64,000 nt of DNA from Callorhinchus milii (Eukaryota): positions 111,912,001 through 111,976,000 of the forward strand of contig NW_024704743.1 of the NCBI RefSeq assembly GCF_018977255.1, given 5' to 3'. The notes beneath the pieces are model-generated. The model saw nothing but the letters and a program-made list of their open reading frames with translations. It did no database searches and had not been told where the DNA came from. A program made the translations under genes and the position numbers. This document shows positions 24,593-37,382 of the stretch, piece after piece; within the stretch, counting starts at the first letter, position 1, and each line of letters starts with the position of its first letter.

Positions 24593-25740
24593 TATTCCAG
24601 TGTACAGCCTCTATGAAAGGAGTGATATTATTACAGTAATTTTTTTTGGTGTGTGTTTTTTTACAGCCTCCACTTTTCTCCTGCCAGCTTATTCTGGGGT
24701 TTTGGTTGCCTCTTGCCTAAGTAACCATTCCTCAAGTGTAAGCCATTGTTGACAGACCATTCAACCACAAGGATGTTAGAACAAAACCCCATCCTGACGT
24801 CTGTAAACACACTTTCCCACAGGTGCCACTGGATAGAGATCAGAAGCAGGAATCCGTTTAACTTATTTATTTCCTAGCCCAGGATGCTCAGCTTAATTTT
24901 AATTATTCTTATTAATTTTAGGTTCCATTTGACTTGCGATTCAGGTTGATGTAAAAGTAACTCCCTATCATTTATGGATTTTTTCTCATAGTTAACCATT
25001 CCTCTCCTAATCCACATTTACCCCCACATTTTCAAAGGAATTGGCTACTTGTCTCATTATTTATAGGGCACTGCTGGTCCACATTAGCTGCCTTGTTTGC
25101 CTATATAATAACATTGATTTAATTTCTAACCAATTTGCTTTTGTAAAGTACTTCATGACTTAATTTTTTTCACTTGAAAGGTGCTATATATAAATGCAAA
25201 TTAATTATTTTTTATTGTAATCTCCTTCACTGCCAGACTAGCTAACTCAGCATAGACTGGGGAATCCAATATAAAGCCTTTCCAATCCATATGACTCAAG
25301 TTTCACATTGGACAGAGACTTTAGTGAACCAGTAGGGAAGCAATGCATTTGCACCCATATATAATGTCATATAGCTTTCTTCTTCTGTGTCACTTCCCGC
25401 CGATTTGCTCTTCAACCCATGGACTATGCACACTCTTTACTACAATAAAACAGAGTATTTCAAAAGAGAACAAAGTGATTTAAGGACAAAAATTTCATTG
25501 GAAGAATTAGATAATATTATGTTGTCTGACATCAAATCACAAACCACGAGTAAACATCATCTGAATCTCATGGTAAGATCCCACCATAAATTCACTTGAG
25601 TTTACCCGATAGTATGGAGTTGGTTTTCATAGAATAATGGAAAATTTACAAAGGTCATTTGGCTCCCCCACACTTGTATTGCCTACTCTTTTCACCTACA
25701 AAGTACACAGTCGACACTTTACAATACAGTACTGCAGTAC

Positions 25741-26241
25741 CCCCAGAGGATTGATTTCAAGATCCTCATCCTCACCTACAAGGCCATTCACGGCCTTGCT
25801 CCCTCCTACCTCTCCAACCTACTATCCCCCTACCTACCTGCCCGTACCCTCCGTTCCTCTGGCTCTGGTCTGCTCCACGTCCCCCGCCCCAACCGCCCTA
25901 CCATCGGTGGTCGGGCCTTCAGCCTCTCAGCCCCCAGGCTCTGGAACTCCATCCCCCAGTGCCTTCGCCTTGCTTCCTCCCTTTCCTCCTTCAAGGCCGG
26001 TCTCAAAACCTTTCTCTTTGACCGTGCCTTCAGCTCCCCTCTCGACTCTCTTCCCCCTCCTCGCTCCCTCCCTTCCATCCCCTCACCCTGACCATTTCCC
26101 CCCTCCTCGTTCCCTCCCCTCCCCTCACCCTGACCATTTCCCCCCTGCTCGGGTCATGACCCAACTGTGCAGCGCCTTGGGACGTCCTCCTGACGTGAAA
26201 GGCGCTTTATAAATGGAATCTTGTTGTTGTTGTTGTTGTTG
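25741..26241 (+). mobile_element. 5'-truncated L2 LINE: ORF2 C-terminus plus 3'UTR and (TTG)n tail
   Basis: Open frame 25741-26091 translates PQRIDFKILILTYKAIHGLAPSYLSNLLSPYLPARTLRSSGSGLLHVPRPNRPTIGGRAFSLSAPRLWNSIPQCLRLASSLSSFKAGLKTFLFDRAF..., the typical L2 ORF2 end. The 3' stem region ccttgggacgtcctcctgacgtgaaaggcgc is followed by (ttg)n. Confidence 0.95.
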
Positions 26242-26322
26242 CACTTTACAATATATCCTGTGAAGCGTTTTGAGACGTCCTACCTACGTGATTGGTGCTA
26301 TATCAAATGCAAGGATTATTAT
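26242..26322 (+). mobile_element. 3' tail of the SINE interrupted by the L2 insertion
   Basis: Continues the SINE sequence begun at ~25690 (cacctacaaagtacacagtcgacactttacaata|tatcctgtgaagcgttttgagacgtcc...). Confidence 0.8.
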
Positions 26323-26379
26323 TCATTCCCATTCCTCTCCTTTTGAACCATACTTTTTGTCCATTCACTTCAAGCGGTA

Positions 26380-26602
26380 AGTTGCTGTGCGAAAATTGGC
26401 TGTCTCATTCACCTACAAAACACACAGTCACAGCACTTCACAATATATCTTGCAAAGTGCTTTGGGATGTCCTCCTGACGTAAAATCCTAGTTTACCTCA
26501 TCACTACCACTTAAGACATCATGCTGTCAATATCTCAGCTTCATTTATTTATATGTTTATACATATGCCTAACCATTCCAAATGTAAGGATTATTATTAT
26601 TG
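26380..26602 (+). mobile_element. Deu-SINE 3' half with an ~87-bp foreign insert in its tail
   Basis: Deu core ttgctgtgcgaaaattggctg. The tail breaks after gacgtaaaat and resumes at caaatgtaaggattattatt. Confidence 0.75.
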
Positions 26603-27548
26603 TACCTTTACAATATTTTTTCAAACATTTAATTAACTTTTAAGTACTGTTTTTTAACTTGGCTTCAACTGTAATTTGTGGTGAGGCATTCTAAGGACCC
26701 TTTGTATAAAACCATTCCTTATAACCTCTTCTGACGATGATACTCAATTTATGCGCTCTTGTTACCGAGTCGTCCATCAGTGAAAAAACATCTCTCTCTG
26801 TTTAACCCGTCAAAACCATTCATAATTTTGTCTTCAGCCCATTTTTATTTTCCCAGACGACAGGTGTCATAGTCATGAATGACCAGGACATAGGGTCCAG
26901 TGGATCTTCACTGCAGGATTAACGCGCATCACATAATGAGTACAAGGTTTTACCCAGCGATAATGTGCAGCTGATTATCAGAAAACAGCCGAGTCAGCCT
27001 CGTTTTATAAAAATAGAAACTACAGGCTACATTTTATGAAGAATAACAAATATGGCAGTAAATTTAAGGCATAATTCAACTTCAAGGTTCTGCTGATGTT
27101 CATAAACTGCTCAGGCTTCAGCTCTTCGATTTATGACATCATCAGAGCTGCTCAATTGAATTACTGTCTTTTTGCTTCAGTACCAACCTGCCACAGTAAG
27201 TGTAATTTTACATTAGGTCCCACTGTTTTTCAACCTGGACCAAGTTTGGGCGATTTCATTAATAGTTTGAAAGGTTTTTTTTTCTTTGTAATTTTGGAGA
27301 GCGGTGATTTTTCCTTTTTTAAAAAAATATGAAACAAATCTAAAAATCACCAAGCTTTTAGATAAATTGGAGGAAAAAAATAAAAAGTCAAAGAAAACAA
27401 TAAAACACCAGTTTCTTCCTGCGGTCAATTGTAAAAGGGATTTGTATGAATGAGAGGCAATCAAAAGGAGGAGAAATTATATATATATCTATATAAAATA
27501 ATTTATTTTAAAACTGCAAGAGGAAGCTTTATTCATAGAGGATATATA

Positions 27549-27725
27549 CAGTAAACCCCTTGAAAGCTCAACCCTAGTTTAACTCATTCATTACCACTTA
27601 AGTCATCATGCTGTCAATATCTCGGCAGTATTTATTTATATGTTTATACATGCCTAACTCACCACTCGGATAACTCGTCACTGAATCTTTTTCCCTTGGA
27701 GTGATGAGTTATTAGGAGTTTATTG
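27549..27725. mobile_element. Tc1/mariner (Tigger/pogo-like) MITE
   Basis: TA-flanked, with imperfect TIRs cagtaaaccccttgaaagctca and tgagttattaggagtttattg. Confidence 0.6.
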
Positions 27726-30224
27726 TATTCCAGGCTGATTTTGAAGTGCTTGCCTTTCAACCTCCTTTCTTCCCTTCCTCAATTACTCTCTCTGGCACAC
27801 CCTCGTGCTTTTTACTTCCCTCCGTGCTCCTTCTCTTCCTCCCTCCTTAGCTCCCGTTGGCTTTCTCACTCTCCTTACACTTTTTCTTTCTCCCTCTCTA
27901 TCCCACTCACGGAAATTCTCAGTTTGATTTGAAAAAATCTTAAACATGGTGATGGGTTTCCACATGCATCAGACACCTGGTTGACCAAAAAAAAATCCCA
28001 CTCCCTCCCTGGCTCTCTCCCACTTCTTCACTTTATCTCTCCCACCCTCCATCCCCTCTCCCTCCCCCTCTCTCCCTCTCTCTTTCTCCACGTTGTTCTC
28101 TCTCTTTCTCTCTCCCTGAATCATCTCATTTCTCAGCTTGCAGCAGTCTTGAAGCCACTTTTGACTGTTAAGAAATGAAACTGTTAGCATGTGATACATT
28201 AAAATAATATGCAAAACTCCAGAGAAAAGTTGGCAATGATTACTTCTTTTCCATCTTAATGAAAAACATCAAAAAAACATTCTATTTTCCTCTGTGTCAC
28301 ATTAACAAGCAACCTCCAACCTATGTGATTCCCTTCGATAATTGGGACCTTAATTATTCATTTGTGCCTACATCAGTCTTCTATTGGCTTAACTTTGATA
28401 TCCCAACTGATCAAACTAATGCACAAGTAGGATAACTAGTCTGCAAGTATAGCATGTGCTTTTTCCCTCTGGATCAGTTCCTGCAGGTATAGGCTCTCAG
28501 CAGAAGAGTCGCAGTCTGAGGCACACACTGACTGGGTTTGACTCCTGTCAGCTGCCCTTGGGAGTTGAGATGCAATGCTTCCCTCGAAATCACTGAGGCC
28601 ATCAGCATTGTACTTGGACAGTTTAAATGGAAGCTGTCATTCCCCTGTTTCAGTGTAATGTGTTAGTGTTTTTGAACATATGATGAAATCCTCTTATATG
28701 CAAATGCTCAGGATCTAAAGGAAAAATGCACCGATCCAAATTTACATATGAACAACTGAAAATGATGGTGTAAAAATGTCCTTTAAATAATTATTAGTGT
28801 CATTTATTTTACAATACGAGTTTATTTGCACACTGAAAGTCAGGTTGCAAATATAGCAGCTTGTTACTATTAAAGAATAACTCATAATTTTTTGTACAAT
28901 GTGACTTTTATCATCTGTGGAGATCTTTTTGACATATATATGAATGGATGCTACCTAGTTATTGTATCCAAATCATACTTTTCTTTTTCACCTGTGTGGA
29001 TTTCACTTGCAGACTTGGCTAAAATAAACTACAATGTGATTAAAATCAACTGGGGAAAATTCATACAATCCAAAGTACTGCATATCTCACAATTATATAC
29101 TTTACTGTGCTTGAAAGATATTCAAACTTTAGTTATGCCACCAGCAACTGTCAGAGAAGCAATAGCTTAGATGAGAAAAGTAGAGTGAAGGATTGTGCAC
29201 ACAAGTGGCTTTGAACTGAAACAAATGTTGCAAGCAATGTACATGCAAAAGGGAATAATATTCTACATACAATGTAGCTGTGAAGGATAGGAAAGTTTTT
29301 AATGAAACGGCCATTCAGCCCATCAAATCTGCTCCTTCCACTATCCATACAAAACCTCTGTTCTCCACCCTTTGTATCACATGAGAGAAAGTTCTGCATA
29401 GATAATCCCTGGTAACCAAGTAAAATAATACTCTCAATCAAGTCTTCTTACTTTGTATTTCTATTTCCCCATCTTTTTTCATACCTCTTAGTACTTTTAC
29501 TTTCCGAGTACCCATCTATCTCAATCTGTACCTTTCACCGTCACATCCAAAACTGATCTCAAACAGATATGTGTATCAGCACAAAGTTATTGCAAGTGGA
29601 ACATCAAAGTGTTACCTGTTGGAGTGCACACAATACATTCAACTGTAAATGGCCAAGCTTTATCAAGGGGGAAATGGTGAATTTATGCAGTGTGCAAGGA
29701 GGATCTGCGGAGTAAAAACTGGTAAACCAATGAGTGAGTTACAAGGACTAAATCTGAAGGTGAATAATGCAGGTGTTGTATTTTCCTGACTTTGTATTTG
29801 ACGGTCATTGTAGATACAGTAAAATTAGAAGCAGAAAGCAATTTAAATCAGTTCAAAGAGAAGATACTGTTTAAACTGATTCACAGTGGAACCTTACTAT
29901 TTTGTACTTTATCATTCTTTTAAACTCAATTCCACAATTGATTATTTTTTTCCTGGGTAATTCCATTGTAATCATTCCCTAACAAATCTTCTTTCCGATA
30001 GTTAACATTTTAGCAAAATAAAACCAGCTCATGATTTGAACAAAATCCTAAATATTAAACTGTGAAGCAGTAGTTTTATTAAATGAATGGATATCCTAGA
30101 TTCCCCCATTATTCCACATTGCTCATTCGTGTTTTGTCAAGTATTATCTCTAGGTTTTACTGTTAAGCTTCAAATGCAGAGTGAAAGTCTTGTGAATTCC
30201 TATATACTGAGGAAGAATGTTACA

Positions 30225-30650
30225 ATTATGAGGATAGGCTTGAAAAATTGTGCCTGTTTGGAAAAAAGATAAATCAAATAAGAATAGATCTTCTAAAGGT
30301 GTTCAAAAGCCATAAGGCTTTTGAACGTGTAGACAGTTAAAGCTTATTCCTGCTGGTTAGTAAATTGGTAATAATAAAGGTTGCTAGGTCCTGGATTATT
30401 ACTGGAACAGTTAAAAGGAAGGTTATAAGAAACGTTCATGTACAAAGAGTTATTAGAATATGGAATGCTTTGTTCACCAGTGGCCATTGAAGCTAAGACC
30501 ATAAAGCATTTAAAATGAATTGGATACTCAGCGAATATAAAAGGATATGGGGAAAGAGCAGCCAATTGGGATTAAAGTAGCAAGTCCCCAGTGGAGGAGA
30601 TTAGGCTTGATTGTCTGAGTAGCGTGCTCTTATTCTATAATATATGTATG
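30225..30650 (+). mobile_element. Degenerate CR1 LINE 3' end
   Basis: Decayed CR1 ORF2 C-terminal motifs (caaagagttattagaatatggaatgctttg = QRVIRIWNAL) followed by aaaggatatggggaaagagcag...tgggattaa and a CR1-type 3'UTR. Confidence 0.7.
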
Positions 30651-31167
30651 CTGTTATACTAAATAAAATGTTACTCCTGCCCAGTAACAAGTGCCATTCA
30701 TAGCTCAGGGTTCCTACACCCTGTCACAACCATGATGGAAGCACGTACAGTTTTCATAAATAAGATGAAAATTCACTGGTAACTAAGTCAACATAATATC
30801 ATAAACAGGGTCTATGAAAAATAACAGGAGATGGATATTTAATGTTTTCAAAATATAAACTCCATTTAGGAACGTTTTGGATTCATCAAAAGCTTACGGA
30901 CTGTGAAGGTTCATAGCTCTTCATTGACAGCATCATCTCTTGATGTCTCGCCCAAATTCCAGAGCTACTAAGCTCAGCTTGCAGAGTGGCCATACCATGC
31001 AAGGGAGAATGTCAGACAGATACTGTCACCACTGAGGTAAGAACCTCTTAACTTGTTAGTGAGCATATTGAAAATATACACAGCACAACTTCCATTGCAA
31101 GGTTTGTCGCCCCACACCTGAAGTATAATAAGCAGACTTTCTCACCAGTGATGGGGAGTTCCAGACA

Positions 31168-31252
31168 TTCTTTCACTTTTGCGAAAGACCATCATAACTC
31201 ACTCAGGTCTGTGAATCTGGTGAGTTATGGGTCTTTCACACTCATGAAAGAA
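31168..31252. repeat. Hairpin repeat element (partial second copy at 23968-23995)
   Basis: gaaagaccatcataactcactcag pairs with ctggtgagttatgggtctttc, with outer arms ttctttca/tgaaagaa. Confidence 0.75.
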
Positions 31253-31671
31253 CGGCCGTAACTCAGCATTGTCAGTGAGATAGCCTCTATTTATTCACGA
31301 AGGGGGAAAAAAAAACTAATTTATGTTATTCTTTGTAGCTCAAAGATTATTATAAACATGAACTGCGAGCCTCAACTTTTTGAACTTTGCTGGACATGCG
31401 AGTTTGTTTTTAATGAACACATTATTCATTCCGGAATTCTGATTCACTGAATAGCAAGTCGTTTAACTGTTACCACTAGACAGGTCAGCACTGGGCAGGA
31501 CAAGATATAAACACAACACTACAGTTCTGTGGACTGGCAACAGTTCTTGTTGAGCAAAGGTTTATTTCATAACTTATGATACTTCTGGTTTAGATAAATG
31601 TATACTATACCAAAGCTTGATTGAGCTCATTGCCTCGTGACTTTTATTCCATCCCTATGTTGTTATTTAGC

Positions 31672-31987
31672 AATAATAATAATAATCCTTGCATTTGATA
31701 TAGCGCCTTATCATGTCATTGAGATGTCTCAAAGCACTTCACAGGATATACTGTAAAGTGGATTGACTGTAGCATTTTGTGGGCGAAACACAGCAGCCAA
31801 TTGCTCACAGCAGTGTCCCACAAACAGCCATGAAGTGAGTGACCAATTTTTTTTTATTTGGAGGGATTGTTGGCCAGGACACCGAGAGAGAGAAACTCCT
31901 TACTTTTTTCGAATATGGCCATGGGATTTTTTACATCCACCTGACCAGGCAGATGAGACCTCGGTTTAACGTCTCAGCCAAAGGATG
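31672..31987 (-). mobile_element. Deu-SINE (SacSINE1-like), 5'-truncated
   Basis: Reverse complement of the tail, the Deu core (gcagccaattgctcacagcagtgtcccacaaacagc) and the central gccatgggattttttacatccacctga...ctcggtttaacgtctca segment. Confidence 0.9.
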
Positions 31988-33995
31988 AATGTATACTAAT
32001 ATTTTAGAATAACCGAAGAGGGTGACGTAGCTTGGAATGAGAAGAGACCATTCAGTCCATCAAAAACACTTGTTTCAATGGACTGTGAGCAATTTGTGCT
32101 CTCGAGCATAATCTCCTCAGGAAGGTAAATAAATACAAGGAAAACAACCAAGAGAAAAGAAAACTCTGTGTGAAATTTCTTCCTAACTGGCCTCAAAAGC
32201 AAATGAGCCCAAACTGTAGCATACCAACTTAACATGAACATTTCCATTCTTCAACAGTAATCTGCCATTAGTATAGTTAAAACAAAAATCAAATTGGGAT
32301 CCAATCAATAATCTGTGTCCTCCCTAAATCTGATAGGGGAGTTTTTGTTTATGGTCACCCTGCATGAGTGCCATAACGTATGATCTCCACACACACGCGA
32401 ACAGCAACACCAAGAAATATTTATCCTCTAAATTTCTGTGGCTACACTGTCCTATAAAACTACTTGTAAAAAATACCACTCCGAAAAATGATGTTCATTT
32501 TAACAATGCTTTGCCCATGAATATATCAAAATGGTAGAATGGTAAAGTGCCATTGGAAACAAAGGACATCGCAGATTTTAATGCATTTTCTTTTGTTTGT
32601 TTCATTTCAGCTAAAACTTCCATATCATATAATAGACTAATTAGATCTGCTGGGTGACAGTACAGTGATTGCTCAACAAAACAGGTAACACAAATGTTCC
32701 TCATGGCAATTACCGTATGTTCTCCTTGTGACAGTGCTCTCTATGCAATGGGGATGTGATGGAGCAACTTTACATATACAGTATTTTCATCACCTTGATC
32801 ATTTTCAGCTTTGTTGCTTGTCATTTTTCAACAGTCCCTGTGCACCTTCAGTCTTCAAGAGTTTAGTACACCTAGTCATAGCTTAAATGTGTTATTTTTC
32901 ACTTTCAAGGAGGCAAAGATAATTTCTTATTTTTTTCACATAAGGAGTGGGGCGGGGGAGGGGGTGGGGTGGGCAGGGAGAAGGGAAGAGAGAATAAATT
33001 TCTACACTTGTCTCGTCTTTGCTGCTTTTCTCAAGGAACGGATGTGAAAGCACCATACGCGGTATCAACAGAATTCAGCCCCTAACACTGCCCGTGAACA
33101 ATGCTCCAATATTCATGCACAGAGCATTCAATAAGCATATTTCCACACATAGATTTATTTTGGATAAAACGAAACTTATTGCTGCAGTATTGTGCGGAAG
33201 ATCTTAATGAATCACCAAACAACTATTAATTCAATAGTTATTCTCTTCTGATAGAGGGCTGGTAGCAAGTGTTTTTCGATCAGTGAATTTTTACTGTACA
33301 GGAATAGAGGGTACTTTGAAAACCACCGAGTGCTACGGTAAAAATATGACCTTAAATTTTTAAGGTTAATTATGCCTGCTTTAAATACAAACCAAAATTG
33401 CAGTAATAAAGTTTTGAACTTATAAATGGCAGTGTACTGCATCGTGACTAGTGTACAAAATGTAATATTTTCACATGCAATTCTTTATAAATCATGGTCT
33501 TAAATCCAAGTAGTTTTACTCCAGCAAAAGATTTGTTCAGCTTTTCGTTTCCTCTCCCCCCACACAGTTCACGGTGACAAAGTCTAATAATGGTCATGTT
33601 TATTTTGTCAAATCCATATTATGTTAGCAAGTAGAAAATTTAATCTGGGTATAGAATGAGCAATCGTATGTTACACTTAAATGTCTAAGTGTTCAATGAA
33701 TCAATGTCATGCTTCAATCATGAATTTTACATACAGGTCCCCACTCTTTATAATTCTTTTCTATCATTTTTCTTGAGCAACTTCTCTGGGTTGTTACAGG
33801 CACATTTCAGAAGCCTCTTTGCTGTTGAATTTTTTGACAGCTGTTGCATTATAAATCAGTGCAATAAATCTTTCTCCCCCCATGTTTTATCATTAGGCTC
33901 TAGAAATCACGTTAGGTTCATTCATTTTGTATTCTTGGTTTTCTTTTTTCCCCATGTGTTCTTTGTGTTGTATATTTACATGTGCTTTGTAACAG

Positions 33996-34047
33996 CGGTA
34001 GTGCCAAGGGACTTCAATTTTTGGTTGCTGCAGTCTGAGTGTTTCCG
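33996..34047 (+). other. Candidate 52-nt exon (probably lncRNA)
   Basis: Acceptor tgtgctttgtaacag| and strong donor ccg|gtaagt. Confidence 0.35.
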
Positions 34048-37046
34048 GTAAGTGCTGTTTCTAAGCATATTTTGAGAGTTGATCTTTTCTACCTTTCACA
34101 TAAATTGTTCTGCATTATATTTTCCACTTAAACAACTAAATTGCATTTTTACACTTGATCTGTAATATCAGCAGTTATGTTCATTGCAATGGCAAACTGC
34201 AGACATTTTGCAAGTGCCAAAAACTATCATATGTAAATATTGCACATATACATACATATGTAAATAATATATACACACATATATCTATATTATATAGAGA
34301 TATATGTTATGTATATTTATATCATATAAACAATGAGTTTTATCAATGACATTTATTGTAGGAATATTTTATATTAGTGTCTAAAATGATTATAATTCCA
34401 GGAATGTAAGTTATTTTCCACTTACGTCTTAAGCCAAAAGAATGAATAGGAAATAAATCTAAGACACAAAACATATCTAAGCATTAATGCCAATTCAAAA
34501 TGAGTGCTATGGACCACTTATATCGATCTAATCAGAAACGCCTGCCTTTATCTCTCTCTTTTTTAAAAAACACAATAAACTACAGAAAATTGTTTTGTGC
34601 ACTTTTTGTGATCCGGTTGATGCGCTGACAGATTTTCAATCGCTAATAAATGTTTTTTTTCCTTCTCTCTCTCTGTACAGGTATTAGTGACACTGGCATC
34701 ACAACAATGTGGAAATGTCTTCCTTCTGCTGTCGTAAAGCTGCCAACCCTCAAACTTACAATTTTTTATAGAGTTCCTCCATGACCTCACCTGAGCCGAT
34801 GTGCAACCTCAGAACTATGTGCTACACCTAGAGGGGTAATATATTGAGTGTAATAGGAAGACAGTTAATAACCTTTTTTTTCCCTCATGCTCTATCAATC
34901 ATGGCTGTCACCAGTCTGCTGAATCAAAGCAAAAGTGTTCTTCACAGATGACTGATTAGAAACGCAAAATCACAAGATCCATCTTCGTGGTCATTTTTAT
35001 TATAGTCATTTTTAAACTGACAGCAACCTGCTCTGTTTCAGCAGAGTGGGCATCACAAATAGTGTCACTCAGTGCAGCTAAGCATAGGAAGATGTGGTTC
35101 AGCTAATGCTAAAAAATAATTGATCTGCAGTCGTTTCGCGGGTCCATTCAGGAGTTTTCCGCACTCAACATATTTTCATTACACTCTGCTGACTGCCATT
35201 TTTATGGCGGTATGGTGCCTGGAATTCATTTTCCACCATGGTTTTAATTTCCACTGTTTACTTTCACAGCCCAAAATGCACCCCCAACTGTGTTTGGGGG
35301 TCGGCTGAATTCACGCTTGCTCTGGCAAAGTGTCACTGAAATGAAAATAATAATGACCCTTCGACAGAGGGTTGAGTAAAATCAGGTGCAAAAGGAATGC
35401 ATTATCATTTCTCTCTGTGCTCCTCCATGTCAGGTAAGTATCTAATTTAGGATATCGAGGCTTTTGGCTGATATCAAAACAGTTTCTTCTCCTGACTTGT
35501 GTCGCCGCTGTTCGCCCTTTTTAAAAAATATATCTCATATTAAATTATATTGTGGGAAAATGTTCTTTGTTCTCTTCTTTAATCAAATTCACCACTGCCA
35601 GGATTTTCCGCAAAGACATTTAACGGCTCAAGCTGTGTCATTACAAATCATATTCAGTGGCAATGAGCTCCGAAGCCCTTCCTAGGCCCAAGCACAATAA
35701 TAAGCCACAAAGTAAGCAACCGACAATGTGAAATCAATGAATACCAAAATAAGGATAACGCAGATAGTCTAAAGATAACAGTGTGAATGAAGAGTGGATC
35801 TTGTGTCTCTGTGGTGAGTCTGACTATTAACATCCACATACTTACGATGCAGAGTGCGTGTTAACTCCGAGAAAAGTATGAAGTATAATTAAAGAATAGG
35901 TTAAGTAAACCAAAGTGATGATAAGAAGGAGCTAAAACAAACAATCGTGCAGGCCCATGCATATCTAATCATGCCCCGGCTCTTTCATAAGCCGTTATAA
36001 TTTTTGAAAACAATGTCCAGCCTAATCTCAGAACCAGATAATCGGTGTCTGATGATAAAGAGTGACAGCAGTGGTTCTTTCTCCAAAGACAATATACAGC
36101 ATCTACAGCTCCTTTCAGTGGCTTTGCGGGATCATTGATATGCTAATAGTAATTGACATCAGTCCTAAAATCATCTGAGATTGCCTGAGTCTCAGATTAA
36201 AATTATATGCATAGGGGTGAAAAAAATGTAGTCACATTAACAAAAGCAAGCAGAATATTACTTCCAATCGTAGAATTTAAGACTTTAATAATTATTGTAA
36301 ACAGATCTGACATCCTTTTGAAAACAACAGCCCGAAATGCTAATACTGGATTAAAAGCTTAAACCTTTGCTTTTGTCCAATGGAGGCCTCACTCAAATCT
36401 TTTATTTTAATGATCATCATTAATACCCAGGTTACACGACTCCAGTGACATTAAGAAAAAGGAGAGCACACTGCGACTTTTAAACAAGCATGAAGGAAAG
36501 TAAAAAAATAATAAAGCTTGTTTTAAAGTAAATCTAGCGCAACAATGTGCAGGATTTGCTGTTCTTATAGAGAACAGCGACTCTGGCATGATTATGTATC
36601 TGTTGGTATCTAAACATCAAACAGTTCAGGTTTAAAATTATTATTTAACTCATTTTTTGTAAGATCTTCACGACCCACAATCCTGGCCAACAGCACCCAT
36701 AGTATTGAACGCAGCAGTTATTAAAAACACAGAATTGATAGTTGCACTAAACCTATAGAAGAAGATAGTTCATAGTATTTTTCATGTTTTAAAATAAAGC
36801 CGTTGGTTTCTTCCTTTTCTGAGATGTTCTCTTCACTAACCATGTTATGGTAAGATTTATTAAAAATGTCATACAATAAATGGCTGAGAGCAAGTTATAA
36901 GGTTGGATTTGAATTGCGGGGTTTTCTGAGCAAAGCAACCTCACGAGAGTGAATTACAGTCTTAGAACTGCACCTGAGGTATTCATTATTTTACATGGAG
37001 GGTCTGCGGGAGGGGAGTGGGGGGGGAGGGAGAGGGGAAGCGGGAA

Positions 37047-37122
37047 GTGGAAAAGGTGACGTGTGATGCAGACCAGGTGACGTGTGATGTGGAAAAGGTA
37101 ACGTGCGATGTGATCACATCGC
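37047..37122. repeat. 21-bp tandem repeat x3 ending in an 18-bp perfect palindrome
   Basis: gtggaaaaggtgacgtgtgat / gcagaccaggtgacgtgtgat / gtggaaaaggtaacgtgcgat, overlapping gcgatgtgatcacatcgc (37105-37122). Confidence 0.85.
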
Positions 37123-37382
37123 TGACAAGCGCAGCCCAAACTGGTCTTTAATTATTTACTGGTTTGGATGTGAAATCCTGCCCCCATGCCCACTGTCTAC
37201 ATTGACATGATGGTTTGGCCCGAAGTTGGTAGTTGTTGGTGGCCACCATGTATCGCTGGTCTGTGTTTGACTTGTGCTTCACAGGAGACCAGGCAAACGC
37301 AATTGCATACCAAAACGCAATAGATTACCTATCAGATTATGAACTGTTCATCCTGAGTTGCACACGTAAACAGGGATATTAT

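Noticed and set aside
25637..26212. 191-aa ORF in the track
   Set aside because: It is an alternative frame over the L2 fragment. The meaningful frame is 25741-26091 and has no start of its own.
26730..26790. Hammerhead-like ctgacga...gaaa
   Set aside because: The stem II closing pair is absent and there is no convincing flanking helix.
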